Shown here in pieces: positions 25,983 through 38,368 of a stretch of 64,000 nt of DNA (position 1 is the first letter of the stretch; every line of letters starts with the position of its first letter). Location of the stretch: assembly GCA_016748015.1 (NCBI GenBank), contig JAAOMT010000699.1, positions 293,322 through 357,321 of the forward strand. The letters are read 5' to 3'. A program made the position numbers and the translations under genes. This DNA is from Geosiphon pyriformis uo1 (Eukaryota > Fungi > Glomeromycota). Under the pieces are notes generated by a model that was not told the origin of the DNA, ran no database searches, and saw nothing but the letters and a program-made list of their open reading frames with translations.

Positions 25983-27420
25983 AATTTTTAAACCATTTAT
26001 AATTTGAACTTATTATTTATGATTTTAACAAATTTTTCTAATTTATTATCACTTTTTTCAAATTATTATTTTTAATATGTCGAAAATTTAATAACCATTT
26101 TGTTTTTATTTGGAAAATTAATGTGTTATCAAAAAAATTAATAAATAAATTTGTAATATAATTTTTAACTTTAAAACGTTCTTCTTCTTAACTTGAAGCT
26201 TTTTTCATTGAACGCATCTAATTTTCTCAACTGTTTCACTTAAAAAGTGAATTTTTTTTTTACTAAAAAGTCTCAAGAAAATTATAATGTTGATTTATTC
26301 CTTTAAACTTTTATTAATAAATTTTTAATGAAATAAGCCTAGTGATAAAAATTAAACCAAAAATCCGATAACTCTTTATCACTCCTAAAATTTAAAAATG
26401 GGAAAAAAATGTATGAAACAGTTTTTCAAAGTCATTTGATCAGATATTTGTAGATTTTAGAAAAAAAAACTTAATAATTTTTTAAATCAAATTTATATTA
26501 TACTCAAGAGAGAACATTTTATCAAATAAATATATAATTAAAATAAATTTTCATAACTGAGATAAAGTTAATTTTAATTTAATAATAATAATTTTTATCA
26601 AATTTTTAAGATATTAATTTATATTTTTTAATTTTGAAACCTTATAAATAAATAATTATATTTACTTTAGAAAAATGTTTCAGTAAACAGTTACGTTCAA
26701 ATTAATACTTTTTATTGAAAACGTTTTTTCTTATCGAGACAAATCTAATATGAAAGTATATAACCAAAAATGTACTTGAAAATACTGGCTCTCGTCAAAA
26801 AACAAAAGATCTTGTGATTATTATTTCGTCAGTTAAAACCTGATTTAAAACTAGAACTTTTGTTTTTGTTTTTTTAATACAGTTTACTTTTGTTAATTAT
26901 GTTTTTTATATACCCATAATCATTAGGATGAAAAAAATATATTTTTGTCTTAACTCTCTTATCACGAATTTTTCCTAATCGATGCATAAGGTTCGAGGAC
27001 GGATACCCCGTTTTAAATTTTAAAAACCTGTCTATAATTATGCATTCGAAACAGGGATGGCTTAAAATTTAGATTTGATGTATTCATAGAAATTGTTCAA
27101 TATAATATTTTTTTCATTAAATGCGTAACTATTAAAAAATCAAACTAGGTAATTATTAGTCTAACAGAAACTTAGTTTTTTAGATCTACCATTGTGTTGA
27201 ACAGGTTTGTAGACTGGTCCTTTAAGTTTTAGGAGTTTTTAGGTGTTGATCAATGAATGAGATTATCGAGTTACTTTAAACAAAAAGATTATTTTTCAAT
27301 TGAAAGGGGAATACACGTCAAAAAATTTAAAATTTTTCATATTCATTTTTAACTGAAAGAAATGAAAAAAATCAAATTTTCTAACAATATTAACTTTAAA
27401 AAGTACCCAAGGATGATTCA

Positions 27421-27462
<42 letters not shown>

Positions 27463-27797
27463 TCAAATTATTACTTTAATAAAAAATTTTAAAATAATAA
27501 TGTTTTTTTAAATTATAAAATATTAGCAAAAAAAATTTTAATCATGATTTTTATTTTGTTATTAAACCAAAAATTTATAAAATATATTATTATTATTATT
27601 ATTATTATGATGTATAAATGTATAATTTTTTCATATAATTTATTATATTAATTTTATAATGGTTTAATATTAATTTTTAAATATTTTTATTACACTAAAT
27701 ATTTGATTTTTACATTTAATTATTAATTAATTCATTGATCTGATTATTAGTCTTTGTTATTATATTATTGATTTAAAAATTTAAAAATTTATTATCA

Positions 27798-27910
27798 AAA
27801 CACATAAATATATTAATAATTTACAAATTAAACACAAAAACGTATTAATAATTTTTAATTAAACACATAAATATATTAATAATTTTTAATAAAACATACA
27901 AATATTTTTT
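27798..27910. repeat. ~31-bp AT-rich minisatellite, about 4 degenerate copies
   Basis: Repeated AAACACATAAATATATTAATAATTT(T/A)..AATT unit. Confidence 0.7.
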
Positions 27911-28451
27911 ATTATTTCAATTATTAAAAATATTTATAAAATTATTATTATTATTAAATTTAGCCTTATTTTTTTTTTAATATCAAATTAGTTTCTAATA
28001 TTAATACGACACCTTTTTTTTTACTAAAATTTAAATAAAATCAAGAAATATTATTATTATTATTATTATTATTATAAACTAATTTAATATTTAATATTTA
28101 AAAAAATAAATAATTAATTAATTAATTAATTATATATTTCTCTTTTTTTTTCAAAAATATTTTTCAAGATTCCAAAAATCATTTAGCAAAGATCAAATAA
28201 TGAAAAAATTAAAAAATTTTTTTTTCATAAATCAATAAATATTATTAAAAAAAATAATTCTTTCAATTAAACATAAATAATCAAGATTTGACCTTAAGAA
28301 ACACACCATATCATATTCTTTTATTTAATCGATTTTTCCAAAAAAAAAATATTCAGACAAACTTATAATTATTTCGATAAAATTATTTTGCCCTTTTTAA
28401 TTAAATACATGATTTCTTTTTTTTTCTTTTTTCATAAATTTTTATAATGGC

Positions 28452-29809
28452 TTAATTTTTTTGGGCAAGAATTCTTACCATACGAATATGTGAATCGTAG
28501 TAATTAACTTCGCGACCCATTTCTGCAACCATATTATCGAACTCTGCTTGTTTTACCTCAAGGGCTGGCATCAAATGCTCTGCTTGGGCTTGGATCGCTA
28601 AGAGAGTATTTTGTGTCGTATAATCAGCTAGAAAACATCATTCGAAAAAAATATTATTCATAAATTTCGGTAATCAAAATATTCAAAACCAAAAATTATT
28701 AAACGTTGAAGTTTACCAATTTTACCTAATGTACCGGCACTTTTTCTCATAGGTATCATAGCGACTTTATCCTCGACGAGTCGATATTCACCAGTTGACT
28801 CAAGAAGTGATTTGAATGTATTCACAATGTCAATGTCAATTTGGTGACTTCTTAATCTTGTCAAAACTTTTGCAAGAAAAAAAACCATTATAAATTTCAT
28901 TTAGAGAGAGAATAATAGAGTTTATAAAAATAAATGTGATTGCTTAACTACATACGAGCAGATATAACTCGTTGGGTTGTAGGTCCAGGATTTTTGATTT
29001 GGATATCTGGCTCTAATATCTAAAATTCGAAAAATTTTTTTTTAATCAAACTCTCTCTCCCACGTAATCAATTTATATAGGTGTTAAAAAATAAATTATG
29101 CCAAAGAAAAATTCATACCTCTATCCAACCACCTGAAGCTAATAATTTCGGTAATTTTTGAAGAATAAGGGTTTCCCAATTTTGGCTGGTAAACCACAAT
29201 AAAAAAAATCGAACATGTATATAATCAAACTGAATACGAAATGGTATTCCAGTTAAAATATCCGTTAAAATAAATTGTAGATTTCTGGGCTTTTGCGACG
29301 GGAAAATATTTTGAAATTCAACACCGTAAAATTGTGTTGCTTTATATTCTCCTGCTAGTTCGCATAACCAGGTACCAGGTCCACATCTGTTAATCAAAAA
29401 AAATTTCAGGATTAAAAAAATGCTCTAGCTAATGAGAGATCAAAGGATGAGTTATTGTACATTGAAAAAAAAAAGTGTTTAAAAAATTTAAAACTCTGAT
29501 AAAAATTACGAACCCTATATCCAGCACCATAGCACCAGATCTCATTTTATAATCTACCGGGGCATGAAAGTTACCACCGAATATTTCTCGAAACATATGA
29601 TGTTGAACTTGCAAACGATCAACTTTTAATTAAAAAAGAAGCAATGCAAGATAATTAAAAAGAGTTGAAAAGCTAAGATTTTGAAATTGTGAAAAATAAA
29701 ATGTATAATTACTCTCTTTCTCGGGCATAGGTCCAGAGTATGGGTAATGGTGATTTGTTGGTTTCGATTTTTTTTTGGAACGAATGTTTTTGGAAACTTG
29801 TATACCCAT
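28452..29809 (-). CDS. Class I SAM-dependent methyltransferase (LaeA-like family), ~287 aa, 6 exons
   Basis: Exons 29809-29713, 29622-29514, 29386-29119, 29019-28956, 28866-28717, 28627-28452 (the exon 5 donor could lie 9 nt earlier). Motifs: EIDRLQVQHH, GNFHAPV, VLDIGCGPGTW (motif I), FYGVE, FDYIHVRF, LASGGWIEILE, NPGP. Confidence 0.9.
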
Positions 29810-30438
29810 ATTTGGTTGACTGACTGGCTGGTTGATTGGTTGTTTAAGTTAATGAAAATAAATACAAAATGATGCAAATACTTTAAATACGTTCAAAATA
29901 ATTATGGTGAAAACAGGCATTTAAGTTATAAAAATGGAAGATTCACACACAAATTTGAAACTCAATCTTTAAATTTCAAGAGTGTCAAAGAGTCCTTTTA
30001 GGTTAAAAGAAAAACTTCACATAATTGGCTCATTATTTTATTTTATTGTACACCTACATTCGCAGCAAAATTTTAAAATTAACACCTGCATAGAAGTTAA
30101 ATTTACATACGTTTCAGGGGGCAAATAAAATTTTTTAAAGGAATACAACAGTTTTGACACAAATTAAATCTCGATTCATCGTGGTAACCAATAAAAAAAA
30201 GTTATTGTGTATCATGATAACTGTATTTTTTAAAGTTCCAGAGATCAATTTATCAAAATATCCAGGGTAACGATAGAAAATTCCTTTTCCTAAAATTTTA
30301 TTAGATCCTAAAAACTTTTTGTAAAATATTTTCCCATTTTTTATAATAATGATAATAATAATAATAGTAATGGATTTGAAAAAATTAATAATCAATCGAT
30401 TTATGCGAAATGATAATTTCACAAAAGATTAATATTTC

Positions 30439-30518
30439 TTCTCGATCATTTCAACAAATAAATCTTTCTCGGTAATTTCAACAAATGAATCTTCTTGGTG
30501 ATTTCAATAAATAAATCC
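30439..30518. repeat. 27-bp tandem repeat, 3 diverged copies
   Basis: Units TTCTCGATCATTTCAACAAATAAATC / TTTCTCGGTAATTTCAACAAATGAATC / TTCTTGGTGATTTCAATAAATAAATC. Confidence 0.75.
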
Positions 30519-32744
30519 CTTTTTCCGTATTCTATTAAAATCATTAACTAGCCAGCACAAATCTTTACCCAGAAATAACCGAACGTTATTTATTAAAAGA
30601 AACCAGTTATTAACATGAGCTAGGAAGATCAAAAAAGTTTTGAAAATCATTAAAAAAAAAAAAGATTTTCTTTGGAAAATTTCCCGTAAACGGGAAATCA
30701 TTAATTGATTATGAGATCCCGGATCATTTAAAAGTATAATTCTTTAAAAAGAAAACTGATAAGATTTAAGATTAATGCAGGAGCTTTCAACCCACAGACT
30801 GCAGGTTTATCAGTGAAAGGGGGGCACGAGGTGAAAAAAAATGGGGCTGAGTCATTGTGAAATCAAAATCAGAACTTTGCTGATTTTAGAATTTTGTGTT
30901 CCTTTCTCACAAGCAGATAATTTTGATTGTGCTAAAATGGAAATCAAATAATGACTCCTTCATTACCCAAACTTGTACAGCACATGATGAAATAAAAGCA
31001 AAAAGATTGAAAAAAAAAACGACAGAGCTCGTCTAATTTGATTTCTATTAACTAATCAGAAATATTGCTGGAACAATGAAAAATATTTTTGAAAGCATTA
31101 TTTCAAGAAAATCTTCTTTCTGTAAATTATAATTTGTCAAATTCAACAATTTCTTTCTTGTGATCGCGGAAAATCATTTTAACCACAATTTTTTTTCATA
31201 CAATTTAACAATATTCTCGGCGAAAATTTCACAAAGAGTAAAAATTGAGATTTAGAATAATCCTTGTCTTTTTTAAAACAAAATGTTGAAGATTTTTTAA
31301 ATCTATCACCATTAAAAAATCTGTTATTTTAGAATTTTATGGGAGTGACATTGGTTAGAAAATCTTAACATCGATTTAGCCTTGAATTTTATTATTATGA
31401 GTTTTTAGATAACTCACATGGTACCCTTACTTCGGTTGGAACGGATCTTTCTCACATGAATAAATTTGTGTTTCATCAGCGTGTCAATTAAATTTTTAAT
31501 TCAATATGCGATGCGTTTGTACAAAATGTTTCTTCCTATCAATCAAACATTTTTGAAATTGGCCATATTTTTAAAATTGACCCTTTTACAGCTTCCCTTT
31601 TCAATGATTTAAAATTAAACCTGCGATTTTGAGAATTAATTTTTGAATTCAAGATTTAAATTTTTATCATTGATAAAATGACTGGCTTTTTAAAAATCTC
31701 AACGAGTGACAGAATCAAAAAAATTTAATTTTATATAAAAAGTTAATTTCATAATGAATTTAACTTAAACATTAGGAACTAATTTTTTTCTTGAACACCT
31801 TTCTAAATCTGGTTGATTTTTATGTTCCTAGATTGTATATTTATAAACATTCATTTCTTGGATGAAATTCGATTTTAATACCTGACTAGTTAATTGTTCG
31901 CTTTTAGTTATCATTCATTGAATGATAACTAAAGTTGAAAATGAAAAATTTTTAAAAAGATGAGATTAAAAATTTTTGACTAAATGTACATGTATTTAAA
32001 TTTCAAATAAATCTGATTCCACTTTAAAACTAATAGGAGCAAAGGGTTTAAAATTTTTTTTGAATTTAGCATAAACGTTGTATCCTTTTCTATACAAGAA
32101 TCTTTATTCGAAAAATACCATCACCATTATAAAATTTCCAATTAAACTTACTTCTTCGCACGCTAAAGAGCGTATTAAAATCATCTAAAATTAGATGAAA
32201 GATTATTTAAACACACAAATGTACTCAACTTGATTCGAATATAAAAGCTGTTAAAATATAATTTTTAATCAAGCTTTAAAAACCAGTTTTGAAATTCAGA
32301 AAATCTTGTGAGAATATTCGTTTGGTAATGTGAGCAAGAAATTATTCAATATTGTGTATATCTGCATTGGCTTATTGAAAGTCAATTTTTGCAGAACTGT
32401 GCATCTTTTGTACAGCATTTTTAATATGCAAGTATTACGATTGCGTCTGGTAACAAATAACATGTATGCCATGTTATTGTCTAAAGATCATCTCAATGTA
32501 ATTGTTGCATCTTCAAAAAACAGCTTCTAGCTATTTTCCTCATCCTATTTGTTTTGCGAGGCTCGATCATGTGTTAATATGGAGAAAGTGTGAATCTGCA
32601 TGAATAGTTTATGTAAATCTTTTGGAACTTTTGGAGTCTTAGCAATAGGTTTATTAACAATTCTACGCTGAATAAGTATTTATTGAGCGCGTTATTGATA
32701 ATCCTTTTAAAATAACTTTTAGTTCATTTGTATTGAAACGAAAT

Positions 32745-32769
32745 ATGGATGGATGGATGGATGGAAGGA

Positions 32770-32804
<35 letters not shown>
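32745..32804. repeat. (GGAT)n-(GAAA)n compound microsatellite
   Basis: Direct observation. Confidence 0.9.
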
Positions 32805-32805
<1 letters not shown>

Positions 32806-35069
32806 CAAAAATAGCCCAGAGAGAGATAGAAAAAATCAAACAAATGTGATTGGGGCGGTACAACAGAATAACGCCTGAATGATCAATAGGGGCCAGGTGG
32901 ATAGTCGCTTTAGAATGTGTACCCAAAAGGTATCCTTTAGATATTAAAATTTTTAGTTTTCAAACCTTATTTATTACTCCTTATTGCCTTTTATGATTAT
33001 AAATAAAAGGAAAAGGAAAATCGAACAAGTAAGAATTTTTTGTGCAATCAAATTTCAGCCAAGATTTATGTATGTATAAAATTCTTTTGTTATTGACTTT
33101 CCTAATACGTTAATAACAAAAAAAAATTATTTTTTAATACTTTATATTTTTAAGACATTTAAACGTTAATTGAAATAACAATTAAAAAATCGGATTTTTC
33201 CTGGAAACAAACAATAATTATTAATAAAAATTCATGTGATAACCTAAAAATATTTATTATACTTAAATAATTAATACATATGCTATCTACATTAAATTTA
33301 ATGAATATTAAATATTCATTTATTATAATAAATAAAATATTTCTTATTTGTTCTCTTTAACTGTAATAAATCAAGGTTTTTATGTATTTAAAAGTCTTAA
33401 ATTATTATTATTAAATGATAATAAATTTTTTTTTCAATTGAAACTTTGTTTATTGTTACTGTAATAAAAAATTTTCAAAAAATTAATAGATAAAAAAATC
33501 TGAAATTTGAATTATTTGAATAACTATGAGAATAAAAAATTGAATTTTTTTAATGTTTTATTATAATTTTTTATTTTTTTAATAAAAGTAGAAAAATTAT
33601 TATTTATTAAAAAATAATTAAAAATCAAAAATAATAATAACAATAAAAAATTTTATTCTATGTAATAATCTTTTTCACAAATCTTGACAACAAATATTTT
33701 TCAATTTATATATATTTTAAAAAATATTTCCAACAGATTTTGAAACCTTTATCAAGTGCAACAATCTTACCAGTTTTCATTCAAAATGTCTTTTGACATT
33801 AATGAAATTTGAAAGAAATTGATTCTAAAAATTCAGAATAAAAAATAATCCGAAAATAACGATAGAGTAGAAATCAAGATTTCTTAAAATTTTCAATTTT
33901 CTAGACTAACCAATACCAAGTTTTCTTACACTTAAAGAAGCTACAATAATAATTATTGAACGATCAAAAAAGCTAGCTCTAACTCTTCTTAAAAAAAAAA
34001 AAAGTTTGACAAGAAATTTTCTTTTTTGATGCTCTTAATAGCCAGCTAATTTTCAAGATAAACTTTTTAATTTAGAATTTTCCAACAAACGTTTTATGAT
34101 AAATTAATTTTTGAGGATATTTTTGAAAATTTTGAATTTTTCCAGCTTCAATCATAAAAAATAACGTTAATCTTTTTTTTTGCATCATCAATAAAGATTG
34201 TTTTCTATTTAAAAATCTTTATATGAATATAATTTTTTATTTAAAATTAAAAAAAATGGTTTACACGAATATTTTTAAATAATAAAATCTATTTCTATTT
34301 ATTTAAAATGGTTGAAAATTTTTATTTGATAATTATTTCGTATTATTGTATAAAAATTTCTTATTTTATCTTGTAAAAATATGATAAAAATCTCTTTTAA
34401 TTTTTTTTTTTAATTTTATTATATTTTCTTTGAAATTTCAGTATCAGTCTAAATAAAATTTGGTTTAGATATTTTTAAATTTTAATCAAGTTTAATTGTT
34501 TTATTTAATTAATCAACTCAAAAACTAGAATTTTTTATCCAAAAATTTTATCAAGGACAGTTTAGAAACCTGTTGGCTTTATAAAATATTTTTAAAAAAG
34601 AAAATAAATAATTGAAATTCTTTTTCAAATTTTCTCTGCAATGACTTTTATTTTATTAAATAATCATCTTTCAACACACACAAGTCACAATGACCGTGAA
34701 ATTCAAAATAACTATAAAATGAAGTTGGATTTGTGATAAAAATTATTTCAAACCTTGCGTTGTCAATCCGTTTAAACCATATTTCTTTCATCGTCGCGAT
34801 CAAATTAATAAAAAAAAAGCTAAGATATTACTATTTATAAGGTAAAAGTTTGTTACTGTATTCTGACAAATATAAAATTGAGAGAAAAGTTAGCAAAATA
34901 AATTCGTATGCGACAATGAGACGCGTGAAATTATTCCATTTTCTCACTTAAACAAATGGAATTTTTAACACAACCCATCACAAATTATGAAGTTCGCTAA
35001 AATGTTTTCTTTATTTTTTATGTCAAAAATTTCCTTTTATTTTTGACAATTGTCATGATCAAAGACTAA

Positions 35070-35830
35070 ATATGCTAAAAAAAATACTCTTCAATGTTAT
35101 ACCTCTTTAATGAGGAAGTGTTAACTAGCAAAGCACTCAAAGGCTCAATATATTTGGAATAAATTTTGAAAAGACCAGCCGATACTTTTTTAATAGAAGC
35201 TACTCACCCAAGAATCACAGCAATGCAACAAAAAATTGCTAAACTAAATGCGTGTTCCTTCGAAGAAACGCATCTTAACTTCGAAAATTAAACGAACAAA
35301 CTATCCAAAACAATCTCTCAAGGCTTGGCTACATTGTCATTCTACTCAAGTGTATTTTTATCCTCACCAAAAGCTCTGAAAAAAATGCTTACAATTAGCG
35401 CACGAATTTTACGAAAGTTTCAAACCGCTTGTTTGGTATGATCCATGATGAACAATCTATAGCACCGATAATAAATTACCAATTTAAGTTGCACGTTTAG
35501 CGGCAATGCGTGAATGCAGCAAGATTGGTTTTATATATTGACAGAGTATTTAAACACTTTATCTATCTATTGTGAGATACTAAACCTTGAAGAAAATAAG
35601 ACCAGAGAATATAGGCATTCTAGCAGAATAATAATTCAAAACATATCTGCAATGATATGCGTGAATATCTTCAAGAAAGACTTTCATGTCGTGTTTTGTG
35701 GCCATCATATAGTCCAGACCTCAACCCATTGAAACAAAGCGTTTCTCAAAAGATTTTTAGTGAGCTGGTGAAAGAATAGTGAGCAAAATTTCCAAAAAAG
35801 GTGGTCCTTACCAATGTCTCACTTGCATAA
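35070..35830 (+). mobile_element. Degenerate Tc1/mariner (DD34E) transposase relic
   Basis: In-frame F*QNNNSKHI (35618-35647, from FQQDNDPKHT) and WPSYSPDLNP (35699-35728), followed by a 1-nt deletion before IE. The D-to-E spacing is 34. Upstream QTIQNNLSRLGY...LTK resembles the Tc3 HTH, and YID..YCEIL is also present. Boundaries are approximate; no TIRs found. Confidence 0.8.
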
Positions 35831-38029
35831 ATGTAGAATGAGAGACAATACTACATATTTGTTAATTTTTTTCAAATAAATTTATTTATTAAAGAATTGT
35901 ATTATATTAATTTTTTTTTTGAAAAAGATTGAAAAATTATGTTCCAAAGATTTCAATTAATAATATTCATGCTTTTTTTATTCTTTTACTAATATGCAAT
36001 CTACAAAAAGTCTATATTCATCTATTATAATTCATCCCAAATTTGAAAACTATTTAACATTCTAATTAATCTACTTCTTTTTCTTTTATATAATTTATCG
36101 TAAAAAAAAAAAAACTTTAAAGAATATTATTCAGGTTCTACCTTAAATAATGATCACAAGATTTAAAATGACAAAAATTAAAAATAAATCTAATTAAAAT
36201 ATATTGGTTTGTATATATGCGTATTCAAATTGAAATTTTAATATTATTTTAATCGGCTTTATTTTGAAATTAAAAAAATATATATAAATTTATAGTTAAT
36301 ACTTTCTTTCAAATCAGGGTTAGATCATTAAAAATTAATAAGTAAAATTCAATTTTTTTTAGATTGCCCCTGTTTTTCCGAATAATTTTTATTTACCTTT
36401 TGTATTATTTATTTTTACTTTTATTTGGTTAAATGCTGTTAATGTGTTACAAAATTCTATAACTAATGTATTGTTTTTATTACTTCTAATAGAATCAAAT
36501 CTAGAATGTCTTTTTCTATAGAAATCGGTTCAAAAAAAAAAACCAGGACAAAGTATCATTTACGTCATTAAAAAATTGAAGTTGAACCATTTTACTATTT
36601 TTGATTTTGTCATAAAGAAACTTCTTCTTGGCATTTTTACTTTATACTTTCTAAAATAATCATTTCCACTGATATATAAATAAAATCTCGGTCTTTTGAT
36701 TTTTTTTTTTAAAAAAAAAACCACAAACATTCAAAATAGAAAGACAATCTTTTTTTATTCAGATATAGCAGTTGATTGTATCAAAAAAAAATTATCTTTT
36801 CTAATTATCAGATTAGTCTAAAAAAAAAAGTGTAAAGTTCTATGTATGCTAAAAAAAAATTTATTTTAAAAAATTTATCACCGAGACGTGAGAAAAACTA
36901 TGAAAAATAAAGATTTTATCTTAATCCTATCTTTTCTTTAACCATTTTTTCACTAGTATAAAAATTATGAACCTCTGTACAAAAAATTGATATTCAATTA
37001 TTTGTTTTTAAAAGTTGTACATCTATATAAAAAACAGTATGTTTGTGACTCCGAGTTTCTTGCGTTACGGAAAAATAGATTTTTCATTTGGTGACATTAC
37101 TATTTGAGATACAGCAAGGATGTTTTCCTTAATTAGCAAAAGTGAGGAGACCTAGATTGAATTTTTCAAAAGAGTTATAGTAATCCCCTTTTTAGTTTAC
37201 AAACAAGTTATCATTTAGAATGTAAATAATGAGAAATTTTTTCAAGTAAATAAAATAGGTAATTGATTTTATATATATATTATATTTAAGTATAAAATAT
37301 TTTGTATATAGTCATTTTTGGATGTAATTCGTTTCGTCAAAGAAAATCTAAAATATAGACATGTTTAAATCAGGGAAAAAAGATTTTGAAATAAATTTAG
37401 CTCAATCAAATAGTTTTATTGAAAATAAACGTGTTTAAAAATTAAATAAAAATTTTAAATTGTTTTTGTGAGATTGCATTCAAAATTTTTCCTTTCAATT
37501 TTTAACGTATTGAAAGTGAACACATATACAAACAGAAAATATGGAGATTAGTTGTAAGATATTGAAAAAAAACAATTTTATCTTAAATATGGTTAGTAAA
37601 CTTTCAAGATTTTGAATTATATTATTTAATTTAGATGTATTACTTAGATTTAATGCTTGATTTGTCCTCTGGTCTGCAGAAAAGGATTGTGAAAAAAAGA
37701 ATAAGAAAGATATTAGAACTCGAATAATTTGTTTCTATTTGGCGTAAACTTTAAAAAGTCTTTGTTCTAAATTAAATAATTAAAAAACAATACGTAATTG
37801 TACTTAAATAGCTCGAAAGTTACTAAACAAAGTGTATTTTTTTAACCTGTAGTTAAATGGTCTTTCAAATTAAATTCGCTCAACAAGTAATACATTTTAT
37901 TTGAAAATAACTGCAATACATTAGATAATTTTACAAAAATAAGTTTAAACCTCGTTTTAATTCACGTTAAGAGAAGTTATTGTTGAGAAAAAAGCCCCTT
38001 CATATCCTGATATTTTTCAAAGAAATTTT

Positions 38030-38368
38030 TTTCATTCTTTTTTTCATTCATTCATTCATTCATTTATTCTTTCTTTTTTTCTTTTTTTCATTCATTCATT
38101 CACTCATTCATTCATTCATTCATTCATTCATTCATTCTTTCTTTCTTTCATTCTTTCATTCTTTCTTTCATTCATTCTTTCTTTCTTTCTTTCATTCATT
38201 CTTTCATTCTTTCATTCTTTCTTTCTTTCTTTCTTTTCTTTTTTTCTTTTTTTCTTTTTTTCTTTATTTCTTTTTTTCTTTCTTTTTTTCTTTCTTTTTT
38301 TCATTCATTCATTCATTCATTCATTCTTTCTTTCATTCATTCTTTCTTTCTTTCTTTCCTTCTTTCTT
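38030..38368. repeat. Long pyrimidine-rich (TTCA)n/(TTCT)n compound microsatellite
   Basis: Direct observation; it explains spurious ORF 37980..38423. Confidence 0.9.
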
